Made by a program: the position numbers and the translations under genes
DNA from: Eledone cirrhosa
Lineage: Eukaryota
Reading direction: 5' to 3'
Length of the DNA stretch: 64,000 bases
Assembly (NCBI GenBank): GCA_964016885.1
Contig: OZ024746.1
Location: 52,452,001 to 52,516,000 of the forward strand
Notes under the pieces: generated by a model
The model's database searches: none
The model's input: the letters and a program-made list of their open reading frames with translations, nothing else
Told to the model about the DNA's origin: nothing
Part shown: positions 50,801 through 63,780 of the stretch, piece by piece
Position numbering within the stretch: position 1 is the first letter of the stretch
Layout of the letters: each line of letters starts with the position of its first letter

Positions 50801-53800
50801 TATTGTAGTTAGTGGTTGCTGTGATGGTAGTGTTGTTGTTGTTATTCTAGTTAGTGGTTGCTGTGATGGTAGTGTTGTTGTTGTTGTTATTGTAGTTAGT
50901 GGTTGCTGTGATGGTAGTGTTTTTGTTGTTATTCTAGTTAGTGGTTGCTGTGATGGTAGTGTTGTTGTTGTTGTTATTCTAGTTAGTGGTTGCTGTGATG
51001 GTAGTGTTGTTGTTGTTGTTATTGTAGTTAGTGGTTGCTGTGATGGTAGTGTTGTTGTTGTTATTCTAGTTAGTGGTTGCTGTGATGGTTGTGTTGTTGT
51101 TGTTGTTATTGTAGTTAGAGGTTGCTGAGATGGTAGTGTTGTTGTTGTTGTTATTGTAGTTAGAGGTTGCTGAGATGGTAGTGTTGTTGTTGTTGTTATT
51201 GTAGTTAGTGGTTTCTGTGATGGTAGTGTTGTCGTTGTTATTGTAGTTAGTGGTTGCTGTGATGGTAGTGTTGTTGTTGTTATTCTAGTTAGTGGTTGCT
51301 GTGATGGTAGTGTTGTTGTTGTTGTTATTGTAGTTAGTGGTTGCTGTGATGGTAGTGTTTTTGTTGTTATTCTAGTTAGTGGTTGCTGTGATGGTAGTGT
51401 TGTTGTTGTTGTTATTGTAGTTAGTGGTTGCTGTGATGGTAGTGTTGTTGTTGTTGTTATTGTAGTTAGTGGTTGCTGAGATGGTAGTGTTGTTGTTGTT
51501 GTTATTGTAGTTAGTGGTTGCTGAGATGGTAGTGTTGTTGTTGTTGTTATTGTAGTTAGTGGTTTCTGTGATGGTAGTGTTGTTGTTGTTGTTATTGTAG
51601 TTTGTGGTTGCTGTGATGGTAGTGTTGTTGTTGTTATTCTAGTTAGTGGTTGCTGTGATGGTAGTGTTGTTGTTGTTGTTATTGTAGTTAGAGGTTGCTG
51701 AGATGGTAGTGTTGTTGTTGTTGTTATTGTAGTTAGTGGTTGCTGAGATGGTAGTGTTGTTGTTGTTGTTATTGTAGTTAGTGGTTGCTGTGATGGTAGT
51801 GTTGTTGTTGTTATTGTAGTTAGTGGTTGCTGTGATGGTAGTGTTTTTGTTTTTATTGCAGTTAGTGGTTGCTGTGATGGTAGTGTTGTTGTTGTTATTC
51901 TAGTTAGTGGTTGCTGTGATGGTAGTGTTGTTGTTGTTATTCTAGTTAGTGGTTGCTGTGATGGTAGTGTTGTTGTTGTTATTGTAGTTAGTGGTTACTG
52001 TGATGGTAGTGTTGTTGTTGTTATTGTAGTTAGTGGTTGCTGTGATGGTAGTGTTGTTGTTTTTATTGTAGTTAGTGGTTGCTGTGATGGTAGTGTTGTT
52101 GTTGTTGTTATTGTAGTTAGTGGTTGCTGAGATGGTAGTGTTTTTGTTGTTGTTATTGTAGTTAGTGGTTGCTGTGATGGTAGTGTTTTTGTTGTTATTG
52201 TAGGTAGTGGTTGCTGAGATGGTAGTGTTGTTGTTGTTGTTATTGTAGTTAGAGGTTTCTGTGATGGTAGAGTTGTTGTTGTTATTGTAGTTAGAGATTG
52301 CTGAGATGGTAGTGTTGTTGTTGTTATTGTAGTTAGAGGTTGCTGAGATGGTAGTGTTATTGTTGTTATTGTAGTTAGTGGTTGCTGAGATGGTAGTGTT
52401 GTTGTTGTTGTTATTATAGTTAGAGATTGCTGTGATGGTAGTGTTGTTGTTGTTATTGTAGTTAGAGGTTGCTGAGATGGTAGTGTTATTGTTGTTATTG
52501 TAGTTAGTGGTTGCTGAGATGGTAGTGTTGTTGTTGTTGTTATTGTAGTTAGAGGTTGCTGTGATGGTAGTGTTGTTGTTGTTATTGTAGTTAGAGATTG
52601 CTGTGATGGTAGTGTTGTTGTTGTTATTGTAGTCAGTGGGTGCTGAGATGGTAGTGTTGTTGTTGTTATTGTAGTCAGTGGGTGCTGATAGGGTAGTGTT
52701 GTTGTTGTAGTTAGTGGTTGCGGTGATGGTAGTGTTGTTGTTGTTGTAGTTAGTGGTTGTTGAGATGGTAGTGTTGTTGTTGTTGAAGTTAGTGGTTGCG
52801 GTGATGGTAGTGTTGTTGTTGTTGTAGTTAGTGGTTGCGGCGATGGTAGTGTTGTTGTTGTTATTGTAGTTAGTGGTTGCTGTGATGGTAGTATTGTTGT
52901 TGTTATTGTAGTTAGTGGTTGCTGAGATGATAGTGTTGTTGTTGTTGTAGTTAGTGGTTGCTGAGATGATAGTGTTGTTGTTGTTGTAGTTAGCGGTTGC
53001 TGAGATGGTAGTGTTGTTGTTGTTATTGTAGTTAGTGGTTGCTGAGATGGTAGTGTTGTTGTTGTTATTCTAGTTAGTGGTTGCTGTGATGGTAGTGTTG
53101 TTGTTGTTATTCTAGTTAGTGGTTGCTGTGATGGTAATGTTGTTGTTGTTGTTATTGTAGTTAGTGGTTGCTGTGATGGTATTGTTGTTGTTGTTATTCT
53201 AGTTAGTGGTTGCTGTGATGGTAGTGTTGTTGTTGTTGTTATTGTAGTTAGATGTTGCTGAGATGGTAGTGTTGTTGTTGTTGTTATTGTAGTTAGAGGT
53301 TGCTGAGATGGTAGTGTTGTTGTTGTTATTGTAGTTAGTGGTTGCTGTGATGGTAGTGTTGTTGTTGTTATTCTAGTTAGTGGTTGCTGTGATGGTAGTG
53401 TTGTTGTTGTTATTCTAGTTAGTGGTTGCTGTGATGGTAGTGTTGTTGTTGTTGTTATTGTAGTTAGTGGTTGCTGTGATGGTATTGTTGTTGTTGTTAT
53501 TCTAGTTAGTAGTTGCTGTGATGGTAGTGTTGTTGTTGTTATTGTAGTTAGATGTTGCTGAGATGGTAGTGTTGTTGTTGTTGTTATTGTAGTTAGAGGT
53601 TGCTGAGATGGTAGTGTTGTTGTTGTTATTGTAGTTACTGGTTGCTGTGATGGTAGTGTTGTTGTTGTTATTCTAGTTAGTGGTTGCTGTGATGGTAGTG
53701 TTGTTGTTGTTATTGTAGTTAGAGGTTGCTGAGATGGTAGTGTTGTTGTTGTTGTTATTGTAGTTAGTGGTTGCTGAGATGGTAGTGTTGTTGTTGTTGT

Positions 53801-55550
53801 TATTGTAGTTAGTGGTTTCTGTGATGGTAGTGTTGTTGTTGTTATTGTAGTTAGTGGTTGCTGTGATAGTAGTGTTGTTGTTGTTGTTATTGTAGTTAGT
53901 GGTTGCTGTGATGGTAGTGTTGTTGTTGTTATTCTAGTTAGTGGTTGCTGTGATGGTAGTGTTGTTGTTGTTGTTATTGTAGTTAGAGGTTGTTGAGATG
54001 GTAGTGTTGTTGTTGTTGTTATTGTAGTTAGTGGTTGCTGAGATGGTAGTGTTGTTGTTGTTGTTATTGTAGTTAGTGGTTGCTGTGATGGTAGTGTTGT
54101 TGTTGTTATTGTAGATAGTGGTTGCTGTGATGGTAGTGTTGTTGTTTTTATTGTAGTTAGTGGTTGCTGTGATGGTAGTGTTGTTGTTGTTATTCTAGTT
54201 AGTGGTTGCTGTGATGGTAGTGTTGTTGTTGTTATTCTAGTTAGTGGTTGATGTGATGGTAGTGTTGTTGTTGTTGTTGTAGTTAGTGGTTACTGTGATG
54301 GTAGTGTTGTTGTTGTTATTGTAGTTAGTGGTTGCTGTGATGGTAGTGTTGTTGTTTTTATTGTAGTTAGTGGTTTCTGTGATGGTAGTGTTGTTGTTGT
54401 TATTCTAGTTAGTGGTTGCTGTGATGGTAGTGTTGTTGTTGTTATTGTAGTTAGTGGTTGCTGTGATGGTAGTGTTGTTGTTTTTATTGTAGTTAGTGGT
54501 TACTGTGATGGTAGTGTTGTTGTTGTTATTCTAGTTAGTGGTTGCTGTGATGGTAGTGTTGTTGTTGTTATTCTAGTTAGTGGTTGCTGTGATGGTAGTT
54601 TTGTTGTTGTTGTTATTGTAGTTAGTGGTTGCTGAGATGGTAGTGTTGTTGTTGTTGTTATTGTAGTTAGTGGTTGCTGAGATGGTAGTGTTGTTGTTGT
54701 TGTTATTGTAGTTAGTGGTTGCTGAGATGGTAGTGTTGTTGTTGTTGTTATTGTAGATAGTGGTTGCTGAGATGGTAGTGTTTTTGTTGTTGTTATTGTA
54801 GTTAGTGGTTGCTGTGATGGTAGTGTTTTTGTTGTTATTGTAGTTAGTGGTTGCTGAGATGGTAGTGTTGTTGTTGTTGTTATTGTAGTTAGAGGTTGCT
54901 GTGATGGTAGTGTTGTTGTTGTTATTGTAGTTAGAGATTGCTGAGATGGTAGTCTTGTTGTTGTTGTTATTGTAGTTAGTGGTTACTGTGATGGTAGTGT
55001 TATTGTTGTTATTGTAGTTAGTGGTTGCTGAGATGGTAGTGTTGTTGTTGTTGTAGTTAGCGGTTGCTGAGATGGTAGTGTTGTTGTTGTTATTCTAGTT
55101 AGTGGTTGCTGTGATGGTAGTGTTGTTGTTGTTGTAGTTAGCGGTTGCTGAGATGGTAGTGTTGTTGTTGTTGTAGTTAGCGGTTGCTGAGATGGTAGTG
55201 TTGTTGTTGTTGTTGTAGTTAGCGGTTGCTGAGATGGTAGTGTTGTTGTTGTTATTCTAGTTAGTGGTTGCTGTGATGGTAGTGTTGTTGTTGTTATTCT
55301 AGTTAGTGGTTGCTGTGATGGTAGTGTTGTTGTTGTTGTAGTTAGCGGTTGCTGAGATGGTAGTGTTGTTGTTGTTGTAGTTAGCGGTTGCTGAGATGGT
55401 AGTGTTGTTGTTGTTGTAGTTAGCGGTTGCTGTGATGGTAGTGTTGTTGTTGTTGTTATTGTAGTTAGTGGTTGCTGTGATGGTATTGTTGTTGTTGTTA
55501 CTCTAGTTAGTAGTTGCTGTGATGGTAGTGTTGTTGTTGTTGTTATTGTA
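29900..55550. repeat. Domain C: sub-array rich in the ATTCTAG variant, mixed 42- and 45-bp units, containing 4.0-4.7 kb higher-order copies at about 30-44 kb
   Basis: ATTCTAGTT, GGTTTCTG, AGATGTTGCTTAG, CTAGTAAG and GGTATTG variants. Marker GGCTGAGGAGGTAGTTTTG...GTCATTG is at 30036, 34773 and 38814 (spacings 4737 and 4041). Confidence 0.85.
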
Positions 55551-56129
55551 GTTAGAGGTTGCTGTGATGCTAGTGTTGTTGTTGTAGTTAGTGGTTGCGG
55601 TGATGGTAGTGTTGTTGTTGTTGTAGTTAGTGGTTGCGGTGATGGTAGTGTTGTTGTTGTTATTGTAGTTAGTGGTTGCTGTGTTGGTAGTGTTGTTGTT
55701 GTTATTGTAGTTAGTGGTTGCTGAGATGATAGTGTTGTTGTTGTTGTAGTTAGTGGTTGGTGAGATGATAGTGTTGTTGTTGTTGTAGTTAGCGGTTGCT
55801 GAGATGGTAGTGTTGTTGTTGTTATTGTAGTTAGTGGTTGCTGAGATGGTAGTGTTGTTGTTGTTATTGTAGTTAGTGGTTGCTGAGATGGTAGTGTTGT
55901 TGTTGTTATTGTAGTTAGTGGTTGCTGAGATGGTAGTGTTGTTGTTGTTGTAGTTAGTGGTTGCTGAGATGGTAGTGTTGTTGTTGTTGTAGTTAGTGGT
56001 TGCTGAGATGATAGTGTTGTTGTTGTTGTAGTTAGTGGTTGCTGAGATGGTAGTGTTGTTGTTGTTGTAGTTAGTGGTTGCTGAGATGGTAGTGTTGTTG
56101 TTGTTATTGTAGCTAGTGGTTGCTGTGAT

Positions 56130-59100
56130 GGTAGTGTTGTTGTTGTTATTGTAGTTAGTGGTTGCTGTGATGGTAGTGTTGTTGTTGTTATTGTAGTTAG
56201 TGGTTGCTATGATGGTAGTGTTGTTGTTGTTATTGTAGCTAGTGGTTGCTGTGTTGGTAGTGTTGTTGTTGTTATTGTAGTTAGTGGTTGCTATGATGGT
56301 TGTGTTGTTGTTGTTATTGTAGCTAGTGGTTGCTGTGTTGGTAGTGTTGTTGTTGTTATTGTAGTTAGTGGTTGCTATGATGGTAGTGTTGTTGTTGTTA
56401 TTGTAGCTAGTGGTTGCTGTGATGGTAGTGTTGTTGTTGTTATTGTAGTTAGTGGTTGCTATGATGGTAGTGTTGTTGTTATTATTGTAGTTAGTGGTTG
56501 CTATGATGGTAGTGTTGTTGTTGTTATTGTAGTTAGTGGTTGCTGAGATGGTAGTGTTCTTGTTGTTGTTATTGTAGTTCGTGGTTGCTGTGATGGTAGT
56601 GTTGTTGTTGTTATTGTAGTTAGAGGTTGCTGAGATGGTAGTGTTGTTGTTGTTATTGTAGTTAGTGGTGGCTGAGATGGTAGTGTTGTTGTTGTTATTG
56701 TAGTTAGAGGTTGCTGAGATGGTTGTGTTGTTGTTGTTGTTATTGTAGTTAGTGGTTGCTGAGATGGTAGTGTTGTTGTTGTTGTTATTGTAGTTAGTGG
56801 TTTCTGTGATGGTAGTGTTGTTGTTGTTATTCTAGTTAGTGGTTGCTGTGATGGTATTGTTGTTGTTGTTATTGTAGTTAGAGGTTGCTGAGATGGTAGT
56901 GTTGTTGTTGTTATTGTAGTTAGTGGGTGCTGATAGGGTAGTGTTGTTGTTGTTGTTATTGTAGTTAGTGGTTGCTGTGATGCTAGTGTTGTTGTTGTAG
57001 TTAGTGGTTGCGGTGATGGTAGTGTTGTTGTTGTTGTAGTTAGTGGTTGCTGAGATGGTAGTGTTGTTGTTGTTGTAGTTAGTGGTTGCGGTGATGGTAG
57101 TGTTGTTGTTGTTGTAGTTAGTGGTTGCAGCGATGGTAGTGTTGTTGTTGTTATTGTAGTTAGTGGTTGCTGAGAAGGTAGTGTTGTTGTTGTTGTTATT
57201 GTAGTTAGTGGTTGCTGTGATGCTAGTGTTGTTGTTGTAGTTAGTGGTTGCGGTGATGGTAGTGTTGTTGTTGTTGTAGTTAGTGGTTGCTGAGATGGTA
57301 GTGTTGTTGTTGTTGTAGTTAGTGGTTGCTGAGATGGTAGTGTTGTTGTTGTTGTAGTTAGTGGTTGCGGTGATGGTAGTGTTGTTGTTGTTGTAGTTAG
57401 TGGTTGCTGAGATGGTAGTGTTGTTGTTGTTGTAGTTAGTGGTTGCTGAGATGGTAGTGTTGTTGTTGTAGTTAGTGGTTGCTGAGATGGTAGTGTTGTT
57501 GTTGTTGTAGTTAGTGGTTGCGGTGATGGTAGTGTTGTTGTTGTTGTAGTTAGTGGTTGCAGCGATGGTAGTGTTGTTGTTGTTATTGTAGTTAGTGGTT
57601 GCTGTGATGATAGTGTTGTTGTTGTTGTAGTTAGCGGTTGCTGCGATGGTAGTGTTGTTGTTGTTATTATTGTAGTTAGTGGTTGCTGAGATGGTAGTGT
57701 TGTTGTTGTTGTTGTAGTTAGTGGTTGCTGAGACGGTAGTGTTGTTGTTGTTGTAGTTAGCGGTTGCTGAGATGGTAGTGTTGTTGTTGTTGTAGTTAGC
57801 GGTTGCTGAGATGGTAGTGTTGTTGTTGTTATTGTAGTTAGTGGTTGCTGAGATGGTAGTGTTGTTGTTGTTGTTGTAGTTAGTGGTTGCTGAGATGGTA
57901 GTGTTGTTGTTGTTGTAGCTAGTGGTTGCTGTGATGGTAGATTTGTTGTTGTTATTGTAGTTAGTGGTTGCTATGATGGTAGTGTTGTTGTTGTTATTGT
58001 AGTTAGTGGTTGCTGTGATGGTAGTGTTGTTGTTGTTATTGTAGCTAGTGGTTGCTGAGATGGTAGTGTTGTTGTTGTTGTTATTGTAGTTAGTGGTTGC
58101 TGTGATGGTAGTGTTGTTGTTGTTATTGTAGCTAGTGGTTGCTGTGATGGTAGTGTTGTTGTTGTTATTGTAGCTAGTGGTTGCTGAGATGGTAGTGTTG
58201 TTGTTGTTATTGTAGCTAGTGGTTGCTATGATGGTAGTGTTGTTGTTGTTATTGTAGCTAGTGGTTGCTGTGATGGTAGTGTTGTTGTTGTTATTGTAGC
58301 TAGTGGTTGCTGAGATGGTAGTGTTGTTGTTGTTGTTATTGTAGTTAGTGGTTGCTATGATGGTAGTGTTGTTGTTGTTATTGTAGCTAGTGGTTGCTGT
58401 GATGGTAGTGTTGTTGTTGTTATTGTAGCTAGTGGTTGCTGAGATGGTAGTGTTGTTGTTGTTGTTATTGTAGTTAGTGGTTGCTGTGATGGTAGTGTTG
58501 TTGTTGTTATTGTAGCTAGTGGTTGCTGAGATGGTAGTGTTGTTGTTGTTGTTATTGTAGTTAGTGGTTGCTATGATGGTAGTGTTGTTGTTGTTATTGT
58601 AGCTAGTGGTTGCTGTGATGGTAGTGTTGTTGTTGTTATTGTAGCTAGTGGTTGCTGAGATGGTAGTGTTGTTGTTGTTGTTATTGTAGTTAGTGGTTGC
58701 TGTGATGGTAGTGTTGTTGTTGTTATTGTAGTTAGTGGTTGCTGTGATGGTAGTGTTGTTGTTGTTATTGTAGTTAGTGGTTGCTATGATGGTAGTGTTG
58801 TTGTTGTTATTGTAGCTAGTGGTTGCTGTGTTGGTAGTGTTGTTGTTGTTATTGTAGTTAGTGGTTGCTATGATGGTAGTGTTGTTGTTGTTATTGTAGC
58901 TAGTGGTTGCTGTGTTGGTAGTGTTGTTGTTGTTATTGTAGTTAGTGGTTGCTATGATGGTAGTGTTGTTGTTGTTATTGTAGCTAGTGGTTGCTGTGAT
59001 GGTAGTGTTGTTGTTGTTATTGTAGTTAGTGGTTGCTATGATGGTAGTGTTGTTGTTATTATTGTAGTTAGTGGTTGCTATGATGGTAGTGTTGTTGTTG

Positions 59101-62100
59101 TTATTGTAGTTAGTGGTTGCTGAGATGGTAGTGTTCTTGTTGTTGTTATTGTAGTTCGTGGTTGCTGTGATGGTAGTGTTGTTGTTGTTATTGTAGTTAG
59201 AGGTTGCTGAGATGGTAGTGTTGTTGTTGTTATTGTAGTTAGTGGTGGCTGAGATGGTAGTGTTGTTGTTGTTATTGTAGTTAGAGGTTGCTGAGATGGT
59301 TGTGTTGTTGTTGTTGTTATTGTAGTTAGTGGTTGCTGAGATGGTAGTGTTGTTGTTGTTGTTATTGTAGTTAGTGGTTTCTGTGATGGTAGTGTTGTTG
59401 TTGTTATTCTAGTTAGTGGTTGCTGTGATGGTATTGTTGTTGTTGTTATTGTAGTTAGAGGTTGCTGAGATGGTAGTGTTGTTGTTGTTATTGTAGTTAG
59501 TGGGTGCTGATAGGGTAGTGTTGTTGTTGTTGTTATTGTAGTTAGTGGTTGCTGTGATGCTAGTGTTGTTGTTGTAGTTAGTGGTTGCGGTGATGGTAGT
59601 GTTGTTGTTGTTGTAGTTAGTGGTTGCTGAGATGGTAGTGTTGTTGTTGTTGTAGTTAGTGGTTGCGGTGATGGTAGTGTTGTTGTTGTTGTAGTTAGTG
59701 GTTGCAGCGATGGTAGTGTTGTTGTTGTTATTGTAGTTAGTGGTTGCTGAGAAGGTAGTGTTGTTGTTGTTGTTATTGTAGTTAGTGGTTGCTGTGATGC
59801 TAGTGTTGTTGTTGTAGTTAGTGGTTGCGGTGATGGTAGTGTTGTTGTTGTTGTAGTTAGTGGTTGCTGAGATGGTAGTGTTGTTGTTGTTGTAGTTAGT
59901 GGTTGCTGAGATGGTAGTGTTGTTGTTGTTGTAGTTAGTGGTTGCGGTGATGGTAGTGTTGTTGTTGTTGTAGTTAGTGGTTGCTGAGATGGTAGTGTTG
60001 TTGTTGTTGTAGTTAGTGGTTGCTGAGATGGTAGTGTTGTTGTTGTTGTAGTTAGTGGTTGCTGAGATGGTAGTGTTGTTGTTGTTGTAGTTAGTGGTTG
60101 CGGTGATGGTAGTGTTGTTGTTGTTGTAGTTAGTGGTTGCAGCGATGGTAGTGTTGTTGTTGTTATTGTAGTTAGTGGTTGCTGTGATGATAGTGTTGTT
60201 GTTGTTGTAGTTAGCGGTTGCTGCGATGGTAGTGTTGTTGTTGTTATTATTGTAGTTAGTGGTTGCTGAGATGGTAGTGTTGTTGTTGTTGTTGTAGTTA
60301 GTGGTTGCTGAGACGGTAGTGTTGTTGTTGTTGTAGTTAGCGGTTGCTGAGATGGTAGTGTTGTTGTTGTTGTAGTTAGCGGTTGCTGAGATGGTAGTGT
60401 TGTTGTTGTTATTGTAGTTAGTGGTTGCTGAGATGGTAGTGTTGTTGTTGTTGTTGTAGTTAGTGGTTGCTGAGATGGTAGTGTTGTTGTTGTTGTAGCT
60501 AGTGGTTGCTGTGATGGTAGATTTGTTGTTGTTATTGTAGTTAGTGGTTGCTATGATGGTAGTGTTGTTGTTGTTATTGTAGTTAGTGGTTGCTGTGATG
60601 GTAGTGTTGTTGTTGTTATTGTAGCTAGTGGTTGCTGAGATGGTAGTGTTGTTGTTGTTGTTATTGTAGTTAGTGGTTGCTGTGATGGTAGTGTTGTTGT
60701 TGTTATTGTAGCTAGTGGTTGCTGTGATGGTAGTGTTGTTGTTGTTATTGTAGCTAGTGGTTGCTGAGATGGTAGTGTTGTTGTTGTTATTGTAGCTAGT
60801 GGTTGCTATGATGGTAGTGTTGTTGTTGTTATTGTAGCTAGTGGTTGCTGTGATGGTAGTGTTGTTGTTGTTATTGTAGCTAGTGGTTGCTGAGATGGTA
60901 GTGTTGTTGTTGTTGTTATTGTAGTTAGTGGTTGCTATGATGGTAGTGTTGTTGTTGTTATTGTAGCTAGTGGTTGCTGTGATGGTAGTGTTGTTGTTGT
61001 TATTGTAGCTAGTGGTTGCTGAGATGGTAGTGTTGTTGTTGTTATTGTAGCTAGTGGTTGCTATGATGGTAGTGTTGTTGTTGTTATTGTAGCTAGTGGT
61101 TGCTGTGATGGTAGTGTTGTTGTTGTTGTTATTGTAGTTAGTGGTTTCTGTGATGGTAGTGTTGTTGTTTTTGTTATTGTAGTTAGTGGTTGCTGTGATG
61201 GTATTGTTGTTGTTGTTGTTATTGTAGTTAGTGGTTGCTGTGATGGTAGTGCTGTTGTTGTTGTTATTGTAGTTAGTGGTTTCTGTGATGGTAGTGTTGT
61301 TGTTTTTGTTATTGTAGTTAGTGGTTGCTGTGATGGTATTGTTGTTGTTGTTGTTATTGTAGTTAGTGGTTGCTGTGATGGTAGTGCTGTTGTTGTTATT
61401 GTAGCTAGTGGTTGCTGTGTTGGTAGTGTTGTTGTTGTTATTGTAGTTAGTGGTTGCTATGATGGTAGTGTTGTTGTTGTTATTGTAGCTAGTGGTTGCT
61501 GTGATGGTAGTGTTGTTGTTGTTATTGTAGTTAGTGGTTGCTATGATGGTAGTGTTGTTGTTATTATTGTAGTTAGTGGTTGCTATGATGGTAGTGTTGT
61601 TGTTGTTATTGTAGTTAGTGGTTGCTGAGATGGTAGTGTTGTTGTTGTTGTTATTGTAGTTAGTGGTTTCTGTGATGGTAGTGTTGTTGTTTTTGTTATT
61701 GTAGTTAGTGGTTGCTGTGATGGTATTGTTGTTGTTGTTGTTATTGTAGTTAGTGGTTGCTGTGATGGTAGTGCTGTTGTTGTTATTGTAGCTAGTGGTT
61801 GCTGTGTTGGTAGTGTTGTTGTTGTTATTGTAGTTAGTGGTTGCTATGATGGTAGTGTTGTTGTTGTTATTGTAGCTAGTGGTTGCTGTGATGGTAGTGT
61901 TGTTGTTGTTATTGTAGTTAGTGGTTGCTATGATGGTAGTGTTGTTGTTATTATTGTAGTTAGTGGTTGCTATGATGGTAGTGTTGTTGTTGTTATTGTA
62001 GTTAGTGGTTGCTGAGATGGTAGTGTTCTTGTTGTTGTTATTGTAGTTCGTGGTTGCTGTGATGGTAGTGTTGTTGTTGTTATTGTAGTTAGAGGTTGCT

Positions 62101-63780
62101 GAGATGGTAGTGTTGTTGTTGTTATTGTAGTTAGTGGTGGCTGAGATGGTAGTGTTGTTGTTGTTATTGTAGTTAGAGGTTGCTGAGATGGTTGTGTTGT
62201 TGTTGTTGTTATTGTAGTTAGTGGTTGCTGAGATGGTAGTGTTGTTGTTGTTGTTATTGTAGTTAGTGGTTTCTGTGATGGTAGTGTTGTTGTTGTTATT
62301 CTAGTTAGTGGTTGCTGTGATGGTATTGTTGTTGTTGTTATTGTAGTTAGAGGTTGCTGAGATGGTAGTGTTGTTGTTGTTATTGTAGTTAGTGGGTGCT
62401 GATAGGGTAGTGTTGTTGTTGTTATTGTAGTTAGTGGTTGCTGAGAAGGTAGTGTTGTTGTTGTTGTTATTGTAGTTAGTGGTTGCTGTGATGCTAGTGT
62501 TGTTGTTGTAGTTAGTGGTTGCGGTGATGGTAGTGTTGTTGTTGTTGTAGTTAGTGGTTGCTGAGATGGTAGTGTTGTTGTTGTTGTAGTTAGTGGTTGC
62601 GGTGATGGTAGTGTTGTTGTTGTTGTAGTTAGTGGTTGCAGCGATGGTAGTGTTGTTGTTGTTATTGTAGTTAGTGGTTGCTGTGATGATAGTGTTGTTG
62701 TTGTTGTAGTTAGCGGTTGCTGAGATGGTAGTGTTGTTGTTGTTATTATTGTAGTTAGTGGTTGCTGAGATGGTAGTGTTGTTGTTGTTGTTGTAGTTAG
62801 TGGTTGCTGAGATGGTAGTGTTGTTGTTGTTGTAGTTAGCGGTTGCTGAGATGGTAGTGTTGTTGTTGTTGTAGTTAGCGGTTGCTGAGATGGTAGTGTT
62901 GTTGTTGTTATTGTAGTTAGTGGTTGCTGAGATGGTAGTGTTGTTGTTGTTGTTGTAGTTAGTGGTTGCTGAGATGGTAGTGTTGTTGTTGTTGTAGCTA
63001 GTGGTTGCTGTGATGGTAGATTTGTTGTTGTTATTGTAGTTAGTGGTTGCTATGATGGTAGTGTTGTTGTTGTTATTGTAGTTAGGGGTTGCTGTGATGG
63101 TAGTGTTGTTGTTGTTATTGTAGCTAGTGGTTGCTGAGATGGTAGTGTTGTTGTTGTTGTTATTGTAGTTAGTGGTTGCTGTGATGGTAGTGTTGTTGTT
63201 GTTATTGTAGCTAGTGGTTGCTGTGATGGTAGTGTTGTTGTTGTTATTGTAGCTAGTGGTTGCTGAGATGGTAGTGTTGTTGTTGTTATTGTAGCTAGTG
63301 GTTGCTATGATGGTAGTGTTGTTGTTGTTATTGTAGCTAGTGGTTGCTGTGATGGTAGTGTTGTTGTTGTTATTGTAGCTAGTGGTTGCTGAGATGGTAG
63401 TGTTGTTGTTGTTGTTATTGTAGTTAGTGGTTGCTATGATGGTAGTGTTGTTGTTGTTATTGTAGCTAGTGGTTGCTGTGATGGTAGTGTTGTTGTTATT
63501 ATTGTAGCTAGTGGTTGCTGAGATGGTAGTGTTGTTGTTGTTGTTATTGTAGTTAGTGGTTGCTGTGATGGTAGTGTTGTTGTTGTTATTGTAGCTAGTG
63601 GTTGCTGAGATGGTAGTGTTGTTGTTGTTGTTATTGTAGTTAGTGGTTGCTATGATGGTAGTGTTGTTGTTGTTATTGTAGCTAGTGGTTGCTGTGATGG
63701 TAGTGTTGTTGTTGTTATTGTAGCTAGTGGTTGCTGAGATGGTAGTGTTGTTGTTGTTGTTATTGTAGTTAGTGGTTGCT
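56130..63780. repeat. Domain D: three copies of a ~2.6-2.9 kb higher-order repeat with domain B-type variants
   Basis: Marker TTCTTGTT...GTTCGTGG at 56557, 59134 and 62026; GCAGCGATGG at 57127 and 59704. The stretch 57481-58380 matches 60061-60960 at offset 2580. Confidence 0.9.
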
